A DNA stretch of 64,000 nucleotides from Spirochaetaceae bacterium (GTDB taxonomy: Bacteria > Spirochaetota > Spirochaetia > DSM-2461), in assembly GCA_051531975.1 (NCBI GenBank), contig JAOPTT010000006.1, forward strand, positions 288,656 to 352,655, written 5' to 3'. The position numbers and the translations under genes were made by a program. Positions 20,655-28,791 of the stretch are shown in pieces. Under the pieces are notes generated by a model. It ran no database searches. It was not told where the DNA came from and saw only the letters and a program-made list of their open reading frames with translations. Position 1 is the first letter of the stretch. Each line of letters starts with the position of its first letter.

Positions 20655-21125
20655 ATGAAATTTAATTTAAATGAAGTTTTAGATATAGCGATTAGCATTG
20701 AAACATCTGGATATAACTTTTATACAAAAGCAGCCAAGTCTTTTCCAGAATATGCTGATTTTTTTACTTTTTTGGCAGCAGAAGAAATTGGTCATGATTT
20801 AGTTTTTAAAAATATAAAGAAGACTGAAGCAGATGTATTGGATAATACTTGGGATCCTAATGGAGTAATTTCAGTTTATTTTGATTCATTAATGGGCTCC
20901 ACCATTTTTAATAATAGTAATGATATTAACAAACAATTTGATAATGTTCAAAAATTATCTGATGTAATTGATTGGGCAATTAAAAGAGAGCATGAAACTA
21001 TACTATATTTTTCTGGTATTAAAGATTCATTTAATTCTTTAGAAGATAGAAATGTGATTGATAAAATAATTTCAGAAGAGATAACACATGTTCATATTTT
21101 GATGAATAAAAAAAATGAACTATAA
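20655..21125 (+). CDS. ferritin-like/rubrerythrin-family diiron protein lacking a rubredoxin domain
   Basis: AISIE..GYNFY, EEIGH, AIKRE, EEITH. Confidence 0.85.
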   Translation: MKFNLNEVLDIAISIETSGYNFYTKAAKSFPEYADFFTFLAAEEIGHDLVFKNIKKTEADVLDNTWDPNGVISVYFDSLMGSTIFNNSNDINKQFDNVQKLSDVIDWAIKREHETILYFSGIKDSFNSLEDRNVIDKIISEEITHVHILMNKKNEL

Positions 21126-21130
21126 ATATT

Positions 21131-21156
21131 AACCCCTCAATTTTGAGGGGTTTTTT
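21131..21156. terminator. intrinsic terminator between convergent genes
   Basis: AACCCCTCAA-TT-TTGAGGGGTT followed by a T tract. Confidence 0.85.
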
Positions 21157-21157
21157 A

Positions 21158-22492
21158 TTATTTTGCAAATAAAGCAACAGATGTTAAATATGATACAGGT
21201 TTATTAAAATGAGGTAAAAAGAAGAAATCTGTTAATGCAAAATCATCTACGGTCATTTGTTTCTGAATTGCTAAAGAAATAGTATGTATACATTGAGTAT
21301 AATCACCTTTAGATATTATCTGAGCACCTAATAGTCTTCTAGTTTCCTCATCGTATACAACTTTTATTTGTACATCATCAAATGTTGGCATAAACTCTGG
21401 CCTACTTGAATCAGTAACTAAGTTAGTTTTAACTTTTAATCCTCTAGCTTTAGCTGATGTTTCTGATAGACCTGTTGAAGCCATCTTATATTCAAAAATA
21501 CTAATTGCATTAGAACCTTGAGTTCCTGGATGTTTGAAATTTTTATTAATAATATTTCGGCCTGCTAATATACCCATTCTTACAGCATTTGTTGCAAGAG
21601 CAATATATGTTGTATCATTAATAGCATTTGAATATATTGATGCACAATCACCGATTGCCAATACATTTGGATCAGATGAATACATATAATCATCAACTTT
21701 AATAGCACCATTTGGTAACATATCTAAATGACCTTTTGCAAATTCAGTAACTGGTTTAAAACCAACTGACATAATAACCATATCGGCAGGGTATTCAGCT
21801 TTATCTGTAATTACTTTAGTAACATGTCCATTTTCACCAATAAACTCTTTAACCATTTCTGAAGTTTTAACAGCAATACCTTTCTCTTCAAGGGATTTTG
21901 TTGGGTCCAATGTAAACTCTTTGTCAAAATAATTACATAAAATTCGATCTTGAGCTTCAACTAATGTTACATTTTTGCCGTGTTTATGAAATGCTTCTAC
22001 TAACTCAATTCCTATATATCCAGCACCAACGACAGTAATATTGTGGACTTTATCAGACTTTATTGTCTCTATAATATTCTCAGCATGCTGAAATAGTTTA
22101 GAAAATTTGATGCCATCATTGTCAATTCCTGGAATTGGAGGTTTAATAGGCCATGATCCACTAGCCATAATCAATTTATCATAATTATCTGTAAATATAT
22201 CATTTGTATCTAGGTTTTTAACTCTTAACTCTCTGTTTTTAAAATCAATATCTAAAACTTCATGCTTCATATGAACTTTTGCCCCTAGTTTTGTTAATTT
22301 TTCAGGGGATGAATAAAAAAGTCCATCTGGTTTTTTTATAGTATTACTAACCCATAGAGCAATACCACAAGCAAGAAATGAAATATTATCATTTCGGTCA
22401 TATGAAACTACTTCTGTTCCTGGATGTTCCTTTAAAATGTGTGTAATTGCAGCTGTTCCTGCGTGATTATTTCCTAAAACAATAACTTTCAT
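21158..22492 (-). CDS. nox: H2O-forming NADH oxidase (Nox family flavoprotein)
   Basis: GNNHAG FAD motif, redox Cys in SFLACG, GAGYIG NADH motif, DFFFLPHF. Confidence 0.9.
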   Translation of the reverse strand: MKVIVLGNNHAGTAAITHILKEHPGTEVVSYDRNDNISFLACGIALWVSNTIKKPDGLFYSSPEKLTKLGAKVHMKHEVLDIDFKNRELRVKNLDTNDIFTDNYDKLIMASGSWPIKPPIPGIDNDGIKFSKLFQHAENIIETIKSDKVHNITVVGAGYIGIELVEAFHKHGKNVTLVEAQDRILCNYFDKEFTLDPTKSLEEKGIAVKTSEMVKEFIGENGHVTKVITDKAEYPADMVIMSVGFKPVTEFAKGHLDMLPNGAIKVDDYMYSSDPNVLAIGDCASIYSNAINDTTYIALATNAVRMGILAGRNIINKNFKHPGTQGSNAISIFEYKMASTGLSETSAKARGLKVKTNLVTDSSRPEFMPTFDDVQIKVVYDEETRRLLGAQIISKGDYTQCIHTISLAIQKQMTVDDFALTDFFFLPHFNKPVSYLTSVALFAK

Positions 22493-22515
22493 AAAAAACT
22501 CCTCTAATAAATAAA

Positions 22516-22544
22516 ATTATATAGTATTTAATTAGATAATGCAA
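22516..22544 (-). promoter_or_regulatory. sigma70-type internal promoter for nox
   Basis: TTGCAT-N17-TATAAT on the minus strand between nrdB and nox. Confidence 0.65.
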
Positions 22545-22547
22545 TAT

Positions 22548-22562
22548 TAGTAATGATTATTA
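22548..22562. promoter_or_regulatory. candidate PerR/Fur-type operator (copy 2) upstream of nox
   Basis: TAGTAATGATTATTA, 1 mismatch to the palindrome, 3 bp upstream of the nox -35. Confidence 0.65.
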
Positions 22563-23603
22563 TTAAAGCTTATCCCAACCATTAATTGCACTTGATTGAT
22601 TATAACTAGTTACTGTACTTTCAAAGAAATTTGCTTTAACATCTCCTGCACCTTCAGTGTCTGCTATTCTTTCCAAATGTGCATATGGGTTGTGATCATA
22701 CCCGTGATATAAAGGTTCAAATCCTATCGCTATCAATCTCTGATTTGCAATATACTTTGTATAAGTCTCTGTACTTTCATTGGTTATACCTAATATTTCA
22801 TTACCTAAAATATGATCTGTCCACTCAATCTCTTGTTCAACAGCTTTTTCAAACATTGGATAGACTAATTCATCTGATATAATACCTGGATTCTCTTCTT
22901 TAATAGCTAATATCATCTCTTTAAAAAGTACAACATGAGTTAATTCATCTCTATTAATAAAACGTATAATATCAGCAGAACCTGGCATTAAATTTCTACT
23001 AGCTAAAAGATAAAAAAAGTTAAATCCATTATAAAAATAAACAGCTTCTAATAAATAATTAGCAATTATAGACCGTGCAAAATTTTCATTACTTTCATGA
23101 TCATGAAAATCTTGATATATCTGAGCAATAAAACTAATTCTATTAAACAAAACTTTATCATCTCTCCAAAATTCATAAATATCTTCTCTTTTATCACTTG
23201 GAATAAGAGTCTCTATAAGGTATGCATAACTTTGACTATGAACGGCTTCTTGGTATGTTTGTATAGCTAATATTAAATTCACTTCTGGTGCAGTAATAAA
23301 GTCAGATATTTTTGGAATATTATTTGTTTGAATTGAATCCAAAAATACTAAGAAGGATAAAATACCGTCATATCCTTTTCTCTCTGGTTCTGTTAATTTT
23401 TGATAATCCTGAAAATCTGATGTTAAATCAACTTTTTCTGGAATCCAAAAGTTTTCCATCATGGATCGATATAGCTTGTTGGACCATGTATATTTTGTAT
23501 TATTTAGATTAAAAAGATTAGTACTATTTCCACCAATTATTTTTCTATCTTTTAACTCATCACTTCCTGTGGGATTGAAAAGTTTTTTTTCTTTTATTAA
23601 CAA
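22563..23603 (-). CDS. nrdB: ribonucleoside-diphosphate reductase class Ia beta subunit
   Basis: NFWIPEKV; full metal ligand set (LDS, QEAVH, LEAVYF, DELTH); radical Tyr in HSQSY; NFFE tail. Confidence 0.93.
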   Translation of the reverse strand: MLIKEKKLFNPTGSDELKDRKIIGGNSTNLFNLNNTKYTWSNKLYRSMMENFWIPEKVDLTSDFQDYQKLTEPERKGYDGILSFLVFLDSIQTNNIPKISDFITAPEVNLILAIQTYQEAVHSQSYAYLIETLIPSDKREDIYEFWRDDKVLFNRISFIAQIYQDFHDHESNENFARSIIANYLLEAVYFYNGFNFFYLLASRNLMPGSADIIRFINRDELTHVVLFKEMILAIKEENPGIISDELVYPMFEKAVEQEIEWTDHILGNEILGITNESTETYTKYIANQRLIAIGFEPLYHGYDHNPYAHLERIADTEGAGDVKANFFESTVTSYNQSSAINGWDKL

Positions 23604-23615
23604 AATAAAATCTCC

Positions 23616-25874
23616 TTAATTTGCACATGAGACACAAGACTCATCTTTCTCTGATATATTACCATTCTTTTGAATTGTTCTAGTATAATATATGGTTTTA
23701 CACCCTGTTTCCCATGCTTTAAAAATAGTATCATAAATATCTTTTGCACTTATATTGTTATTTAAATTATATAATATTTCCATACTAATACCTTGATCAA
23801 TCCATTTTTGAATTGATGAAACAACAGATACGATATTTTTTTGATCTATATTTTTACTCTCTTTATAAAACCAAAATGATTTCTTTATAAAAGGTGGGCA
23901 TATAGGAATGGCTCCATTTGCATTTTTATCAATATGAAACTTGCTATACACAGGTAATACACCAGGGGAACAACCCTGTAATAAAGAACTAGAAGTATTT
24001 GGTGCTATAGCAAGTAGTTGTCCATTTCTTATACCAGTTTTAACTACCTTATCTATTACTTTTAACCACCGAGTAGAATAGTTTGAGTTTTCATTATACC
24101 AATCTTTATTCCTATTAAAAAATATTCCCTTTGACCATGAACTATCTTCAAAAGCTTTATATGGACCTCTAGATACTGCAATATCTGCACTTTCCTCAAT
24201 AGCAAAAAGAGCTATTTGTTCAAACAAGTCTGATACAACAGTTTCAGATTCATCATATTTTATAGATTCCTTAGCAAGGTAATCCGCTAAGCCCATAGCT
24301 CCTAAACCTACAGTTCTATAACGATCATTATGTAATAGACTTTCAGATATTGGTGAATTTGTTAATTCTAATGCGTTATCTAGTATTCTAATACCAAGCT
24401 TAGTATTTTGTTCTAAATCTTCAGCATCCTCAATATTAGCTAAGTTTAAACTTAATAAGTTACATGTATGTACTAAACCATCTCTAGAGCTTGAATTAAT
24501 AACAGAACCGTCAATGACATCATTATCAATTATAGATGGTCTAAAATTTGAAAATGATTCTTGGCATAAATTTCCACTTCCTATATAACCATCATGTTTG
24601 TTAGGATTAGATCTATTTACAGTATCCTTAAAAAACATATACGGCATACCGGTCTCAACTTGAGATTTCATAATTTGCTTAAATATATCAATGGCATTAA
24701 CTTTTTTTGTTTTTAATTTTAATTCAGATTTTTCAAGAAGTTTATATGTTTTTTCAAAATCAGAGCCCCATAACTCCGCTAGGTTTTTTCCAAATTCCTT
24801 TTTTATTTCGTAGGGGTCAAAAAGAGTCCATTCTTCTCTGTTTTTAACTCGTTCCATAAACAGATCAGGAACAACCAGTTGTGGAAAAATATCATAGGCT
24901 TTTTTTCTTTGGTCTCCAGTTTCAGTTTGCAACTCTAAAAAGTCAAGCAGATCTAAATGCCATAAATCAAGGGCTACAGTAACAGCACCAGCTCTTTTAC
25001 CAAGTTGGTTTACAGCAACAGCAGTATCATTTATAATTCGTACCCACGGAATAACACCTCCAGAAGCATTTGGAACACCTTTTATTGCTGATCCTGTAGC
25101 TCTAACTCTAGAAATATTTAAACCAACACCACCACCATTTTTTGATATTTGTGCTACAGTATTTATATTATAAAATATTGAATCTAAAGAGTCATCAATT
25201 GCTGAAATAAAACAACTTGATAAATTTCCATTGTCCCGTCTTAAGTTAATTAATATTGGTGTAGCTAAAGAAATTTTTCTTCCAGCGACAGCATTGTATA
25301 TATTTTCTGCAATATCTATCCTATCTCCAGTTTCTGAAGATGCTAAATAAAGGGAAATAGACATAAACATTTCTTGTGGCAACTCAAAAGGTTTATCACC
25401 ATCAGTTATTAAATATCTATTTGCTAATAAGTTTGCTCCTGCATAATCAAAATCATAATCATATAAAGGTTTTATTCTTTTTCCAGCTTCGATTAATTCT
25501 TTTTTATTATATAGATCTAATATTTTTTTTGAATATAGTCCCTTTTGAACTGCTTCAACAATAAACTCGTAATAATTTTCATAATGAGTTCCAGTTGATC
25601 GTCTTTTTAAAGCTTCCTTTGTATAGTCCATAATTAACAATCTTGCAGCTACTATTCGGTATTCGGGTCTCTCTACAGAAGTTAACTTGGAAGTTATATC
25701 AATTAATGATTTTTGTATCTCAGAAGTTGTTATTCTATCCTTATATATAGTGTCTATATGACTTTCGATTTCTAAATAATCTATATCAATACCATCACAA
25801 GCCTGTTTTAAAGCTTTTCGTATCTCTTTGATATCAATATTAGATTCCCTTAAGTCTCTTTTTATAACTTTCAT
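23616..25874 (-). CDS. nrdA: ribonucleoside-diphosphate reductase class I alpha subunit with N-terminal ATP cone
   Basis: VIKRD ATP cone, ATP..N, LSSCF, GNLCQE, CNLLS, APNTSS, TIYY, C-terminal CVSC. Confidence 0.95.
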   Translation of the reverse strand: MKVIKRDLRESNIDIKEIRKALKQACDGIDIDYLEIESHIDTIYKDRITTSEIQKSLIDITSKLTSVERPEYRIVAARLLIMDYTKEALKRRSTGTHYENYYEFIVEAVQKGLYSKKILDLYNKKELIEAGKRIKPLYDYDFDYAGANLLANRYLITDGDKPFELPQEMFMSISLYLASSETGDRIDIAENIYNAVAGRKISLATPILINLRRDNGNLSSCFISAIDDSLDSIFYNINTVAQISKNGGGVGLNISRVRATGSAIKGVPNASGGVIPWVRIINDTAVAVNQLGKRAGAVTVALDLWHLDLLDFLELQTETGDQRKKAYDIFPQLVVPDLFMERVKNREEWTLFDPYEIKKEFGKNLAELWGSDFEKTYKLLEKSELKLKTKKVNAIDIFKQIMKSQVETGMPYMFFKDTVNRSNPNKHDGYIGSGNLCQESFSNFRPSIIDNDVIDGSVINSSSRDGLVHTCNLLSLNLANIEDAEDLEQNTKLGIRILDNALELTNSPISESLLHNDRYRTVGLGAMGLADYLAKESIKYDESETVVSDLFEQIALFAIEESADIAVSRGPYKAFEDSSWSKGIFFNRNKDWYNENSNYSTRWLKVIDKVVKTGIRNGQLLAIAPNTSSSLLQGCSPGVLPVYSKFHIDKNANGAIPICPPFIKKSFWFYKESKNIDQKNIVSVVSSIQKWIDQGISMEILYNLNNNISAKDIYDTIFKAWETGCKTIYYTRTIQKNGNISEKDESCVSCAN

Positions 25875-25903
25875 TATTAACCCCTATATAATTAACTAAC
25901 AAA

Positions 25904-25932
25904 ATAATATTCTTACAATTAAAAAATGTCAA
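25904..25932 (-). promoter_or_regulatory. sigma70-type promoter of nrdAB
   Basis: TTGACA-N17-TATTAT on the minus strand. Confidence 0.65.
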
Positions 25933-25936
25933 CTAA

Positions 25937-25951
25937 TAATAATAATTCCTA
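25937..25951. promoter_or_regulatory. candidate PerR/Fur-type operator (copy 3) between the divergent nrdA and ahpC -35 boxes
   Basis: TAATAATAATTCCTA, 2 mismatches to TAGTAATnATTACTA. Confidence 0.55.
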
Positions 25952-25957
25952 ATAAGC

Positions 25958-25986
25958 TTGACAAAAAAATAAAATAGGATTAAATT
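25958..25986 (+). promoter_or_regulatory. sigma70-type promoter of the peroxiredoxin operon
   Basis: TTGACA-N17-TAAATT. Confidence 0.65.
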
Positions 25987-25994
25987 AAACTTAA

Positions 25995-26009
25995 TAGTAA
26001 TTATTACTA
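25995..26009. promoter_or_regulatory. candidate PerR/Fur-type operator (copy 4, perfect 7-1-7 palindrome) at the predicted ahpC transcription start
   Basis: TAGTAAT-T-ATTACTA between the -10 box and the SD. Confidence 0.75.
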
Positions 26010-26023
26010 CTAAGGAGAACAGA

Positions 26024-26608
26024 ATGTCAGTATTAGTAACAAAAGAAGCACCAAACTTTAAGGCAACTGCCGTATTAGCAGATAATACATTTGCAGAAAT
26101 AGAACTAAATAGTTATAGAGGGAAATATGTTTTATTATTTTTCTATCCATTGGATTTTACATTTGTATGTCCTACTGAAATTATAGAGTTTAATAGAAAA
26201 TTAGATGAATTTAAAAAGAGAGATGTAGAGGTTCTAGGTGTATCAATTGACTCAGAGTTTAGCCATTTAGCATGGAAAAACACACCTGTAAATCAGGGAG
26301 GAATTGGTAACGTTCAATATCCACTTGTTGCAGATATTAAAAAGAGTATCGCAACAGATTATGATGTTTTATTTGATGAATCAATTGCATTAAGAGGTCT
26401 ATTTTTAATTGATAAAGATGGAATTGTTAGACATCAGGTAGTAAATGATCTACCATTAGGTAGAAATGTAGATGAAGCTATAAGAATTGTAGATGCACTA
26501 CAACATGTCGAAAAATATGGAGAAGTTTGTCCAGCTGGATGGAAACCAGGTGATGAGGCTATGGATCCAACAAAAGACGGAGTTGCAGATTATTTATCAA
26601 AACATTAA
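26024..26608 (+). CDS. ahpC: typical 2-Cys peroxiredoxin (AhpC/Tsa)
   Basis: FYPLDFTFVCPTE and GEVCPAGW. Confidence 0.95.
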   Translation: MSVLVTKEAPNFKATAVLADNTFAEIELNSYRGKYVLLFFYPLDFTFVCPTEIIEFNRKLDEFKKRDVEVLGVSIDSEFSHLAWKNTPVNQGGIGNVQYPLVADIKKSIATDYDVLFDESIALRGLFLIDKDGIVRHQVVNDLPLGRNVDEAIRIVDALQHVEKYGEVCPAGWKPGDEAMDPTKDGVADYLSKH

Positions 26609-26614
26609 TAAAAC

Positions 26615-26635
26615 TGGCTGAATTTATTTCAGCCA
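26615..26635 (+). terminator. intercistronic hairpin after ahpC
   Basis: TGGCTGAA-TTTAT-TTCAGCCA with a weak U tract. Confidence 0.55.
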
Positions 26636-26677
26636 TGTTGTAATATTATTCCAATATAAGTTATTAAGGGGATATTT

Positions 26678-27892
26678 TTGTTAAAAAGCAATAAAATTGC
26701 TGATGGTATTTATCAGTTAGGTTCAAATATAAATAATGGAGATCTTTTTGAAGGCATGTGGCCTATTCCAGAAGGTGTTTCATTAAATTCCTATGTTGTA
26801 AAAGGTGAGAAAATTGCAATTATTGATCTTGTTGATGATTGGGATAATGCACCTGAGAATCTATTAAAGCAATTAAAGTCTATTGATGTAAATCCTGAAG
26901 ATATAGATTACATAGTCTTAAATCATTTAGAACCAGATCATACTGGATGGCTTAATGGTTTTTTAAAAGAGTCTAAAGATATTGAAATTATCACAACACC
27001 TAAAGGTGAAAAAATGTTGAGATCTTTTTTCAAGTATCAAGGCTTAGTTAAAGTTGTTAAAGATGGTGATACATTAGACCTTGGTGGAAAAGAGTTAACA
27101 TTTTATCATGCGCCCTTTGTGCATTGGCCTGAAACAATGGTTACTTTTCATAAAGAGAGTGGAGTATTGTTCTCTTGTGATGCTTTTGGTTCATATGGTG
27201 AATTAGGACATGAGGTCTTTGATGATCAAATAAGTGAAGAGAAACATAAGTTTTATGACGATGAATCTTTACGTTATTATGCTAATATTGTTGCTGGATA
27301 TTCGGTACCAGTTCTAAGGGCCATCGATAAATTAACACCTTTAGAAATTAAAATAATAGCTCCATCACATGGAATAATTTGGAGAGAGAATCCCGCAGTT
27401 ATTATTGAAAGATATAAAAAGTTTGCAGATTATATGTCTGGAAAAGCAGAAAAAGAGATTACTATGGTAGTTGGAAGTATGTATGGTAATACAAGAAATA
27501 TTGTATCATCTGTTATTAAGGGTATAAGATCAGAAGGGATTCCAGTTCACATATTTAATATCCCAGAAGATCACATTTCTTATATATTAGCTTCAGCATG
27601 GAAATCTAAAGGTTTAGTTATTGGAATGCCTACCTATGAAGGTAAAATGTATCCACCCATGTCAAATGTTTTAGAAATGTTTTCTACAAAACACGTATGG
27701 AATAAAGAAGTTTTTAGATTTGGTTCTTATGCATGGACCGGTGGTGCACAACGAGATTTTGAATCTAAAACTAGTAAATTAAAATGGAACCTTTTAGAAC
27801 CTTTAGAATGGGAAGGTTCTGCAACTGATAAGGATCATGAAATTGCTTTTAATCAAGGTAAAGCCCTAGCTATAAAAGTTAAAGAGAGTTAA
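26678..27892 (+). CDS. fprA: flavodiiron protein (FprA / rubredoxin:oxygen oxidoreductase type)
   Basis: NSY, NHLEPDH, HWPETM, SCDAFG, PSHG; flavodoxin domain SMYGNT. Confidence 0.93.
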   Translation: MLKSNKIADGIYQLGSNINNGDLFEGMWPIPEGVSLNSYVVKGEKIAIIDLVDDWDNAPENLLKQLKSIDVNPEDIDYIVLNHLEPDHTGWLNGFLKESKDIEIITTPKGEKMLRSFFKYQGLVKVVKDGDTLDLGGKELTFYHAPFVHWPETMVTFHKESGVLFSCDAFGSYGELGHEVFDDQISEEKHKFYDDESLRYYANIVAGYSVPVLRAIDKLTPLEIKIIAPSHGIIWRENPAVIIERYKKFADYMSGKAEKEITMVVGSMYGNTRNIVSSVIKGIRSEGIPVHIFNIPEDHISYILASAWKSKGLVIGMPTYEGKMYPPMSNVLEMFSTKHVWNKEVFRFGSYAWTGGAQRDFESKTSKLKWNLLEPLEWEGSATDKDHEIAFNQGKALAIKVKES

Positions 27893-27895
27893 TAA

Positions 27896-28363
27896 ATGGA
27901 AGAAAAACTAGATAATGGAGACAAATGTCCCAACTTTTCTCTATTAGATCAAAATGCAGATAAAGTAAGCAATAATGATTTTTTAGGTAAAAAAATACTA
28001 ATATATTTTTATCCAAGAGCTAATACTCCAGGATGTACTACACAATCATGTGAAGTTAGGGATAATAAAGATGAATTTTTAAAACTTGGGGTTCATGTTT
28101 TAGGTATTAGTCCAGATACTCCAAAAAAACAGAGTAATTTTGATAATAAATTTAGTTTAGGTTTTAAATTGCTCTCCGATGAAGATCATTCGGTTGCAGA
28201 GTCATTTGGAGTATGGGCAGAGAAAAAACTATATGGTAAAGTTTATATGGGTATAGTTAGATCATCATTTTTAATTGATGAAAAAGGTAATATATTAAAA
28301 GCTTGGTATAAAGTTTCACCAAAGAATACAGTACCAGAAGCTATTAAATATTTAAATAGTTAA
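27896..28363 (+). CDS. bcp: thioredoxin-dependent thiol peroxidase (BCP/PrxQ)
   Basis: YFYPRANTPGCTTQSC, GISPD, GIVRSSFLID. Confidence 0.93.
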   Translation: MEEKLDNGDKCPNFSLLDQNADKVSNNDFLGKKILIYFYPRANTPGCTTQSCEVRDNKDEFLKLGVHVLGISPDTPKKQSNFDNKFSLGFKLLSDEDHSVAESFGVWAEKKLYGKVYMGIVRSSFLIDEKGNILKAWYKVSPKNTVPEAIKYLNS

Positions 28364-28380
28364 AAACGGAGGATATTATT

Positions 28381-28761
28381 ATGGCAAAAAAGTTAGAAGT
28401 TTACAAATGCGAAGTATGTGGAAATGTTGTTGAAGTTACTAACGGTAGTAGTGGAAAATTAACATGTTGTGGGCAAGCAATGGGTTTATTAGAAGAAAAA
28501 ACTGCTGATTCAGCTACAGAAAAGCATGTTCCTATTGCAAATGAAGGTAAGTATGGAGTTAAAATTGTAGTTGGTTCTACTAATCATCCAATGACTGAAG
28601 AGCATTATATAGAATGGATCGAAGTTATAAATGGAACTTATGTTAATAGAAAAGAGCTAAAGCCTGGAGATCGACCAGAAGCTGAATTTTATGTACCATT
28701 TAGTGAAGATTTAATTATCAGATCTTACTGTAATCTTCATGGATTATGGAAAAACAAATAA
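28381..28761 (+). CDS. dfx: desulfoferrodoxin (2Fe superoxide reductase)
   Basis: CEVC...CC centre I; EKHVP, HPMTEEHYI, CNLHG centre II. Confidence 0.95.
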   Translation: MAKKLEVYKCEVCGNVVEVTNGSSGKLTCCGQAMGLLEEKTADSATEKHVPIANEGKYGVKIVVGSTNHPMTEEHYIEWIEVINGTYVNRKELKPGDRPEAEFYVPFSEDLIIRSYCNLHGLWKNK

Positions 28762-28791
28762 AAAAAAGAGGGTCTAAACCCTCTTTTTTTT
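28760..28791. terminator. bidirectional intrinsic terminator
   Basis: A8-GAGGGT-CTAA-ACCCTC-T8 between convergent genes. Confidence 0.9.

Noticed and set aside
22563..25874. Unusual RNR subclass (Ic/Ie) or intein/intron in nrdAB
   Set aside because: All canonical metal ligands and the radical Tyr are present, lengths are normal and there is no insertion
26638..26654. Fifth operator copy upstream of fprA (TTGTAATATTATTCCAA)
   Set aside because: Half-site spacing does not fit 7-1-7 and the match is no better than AT-rich background
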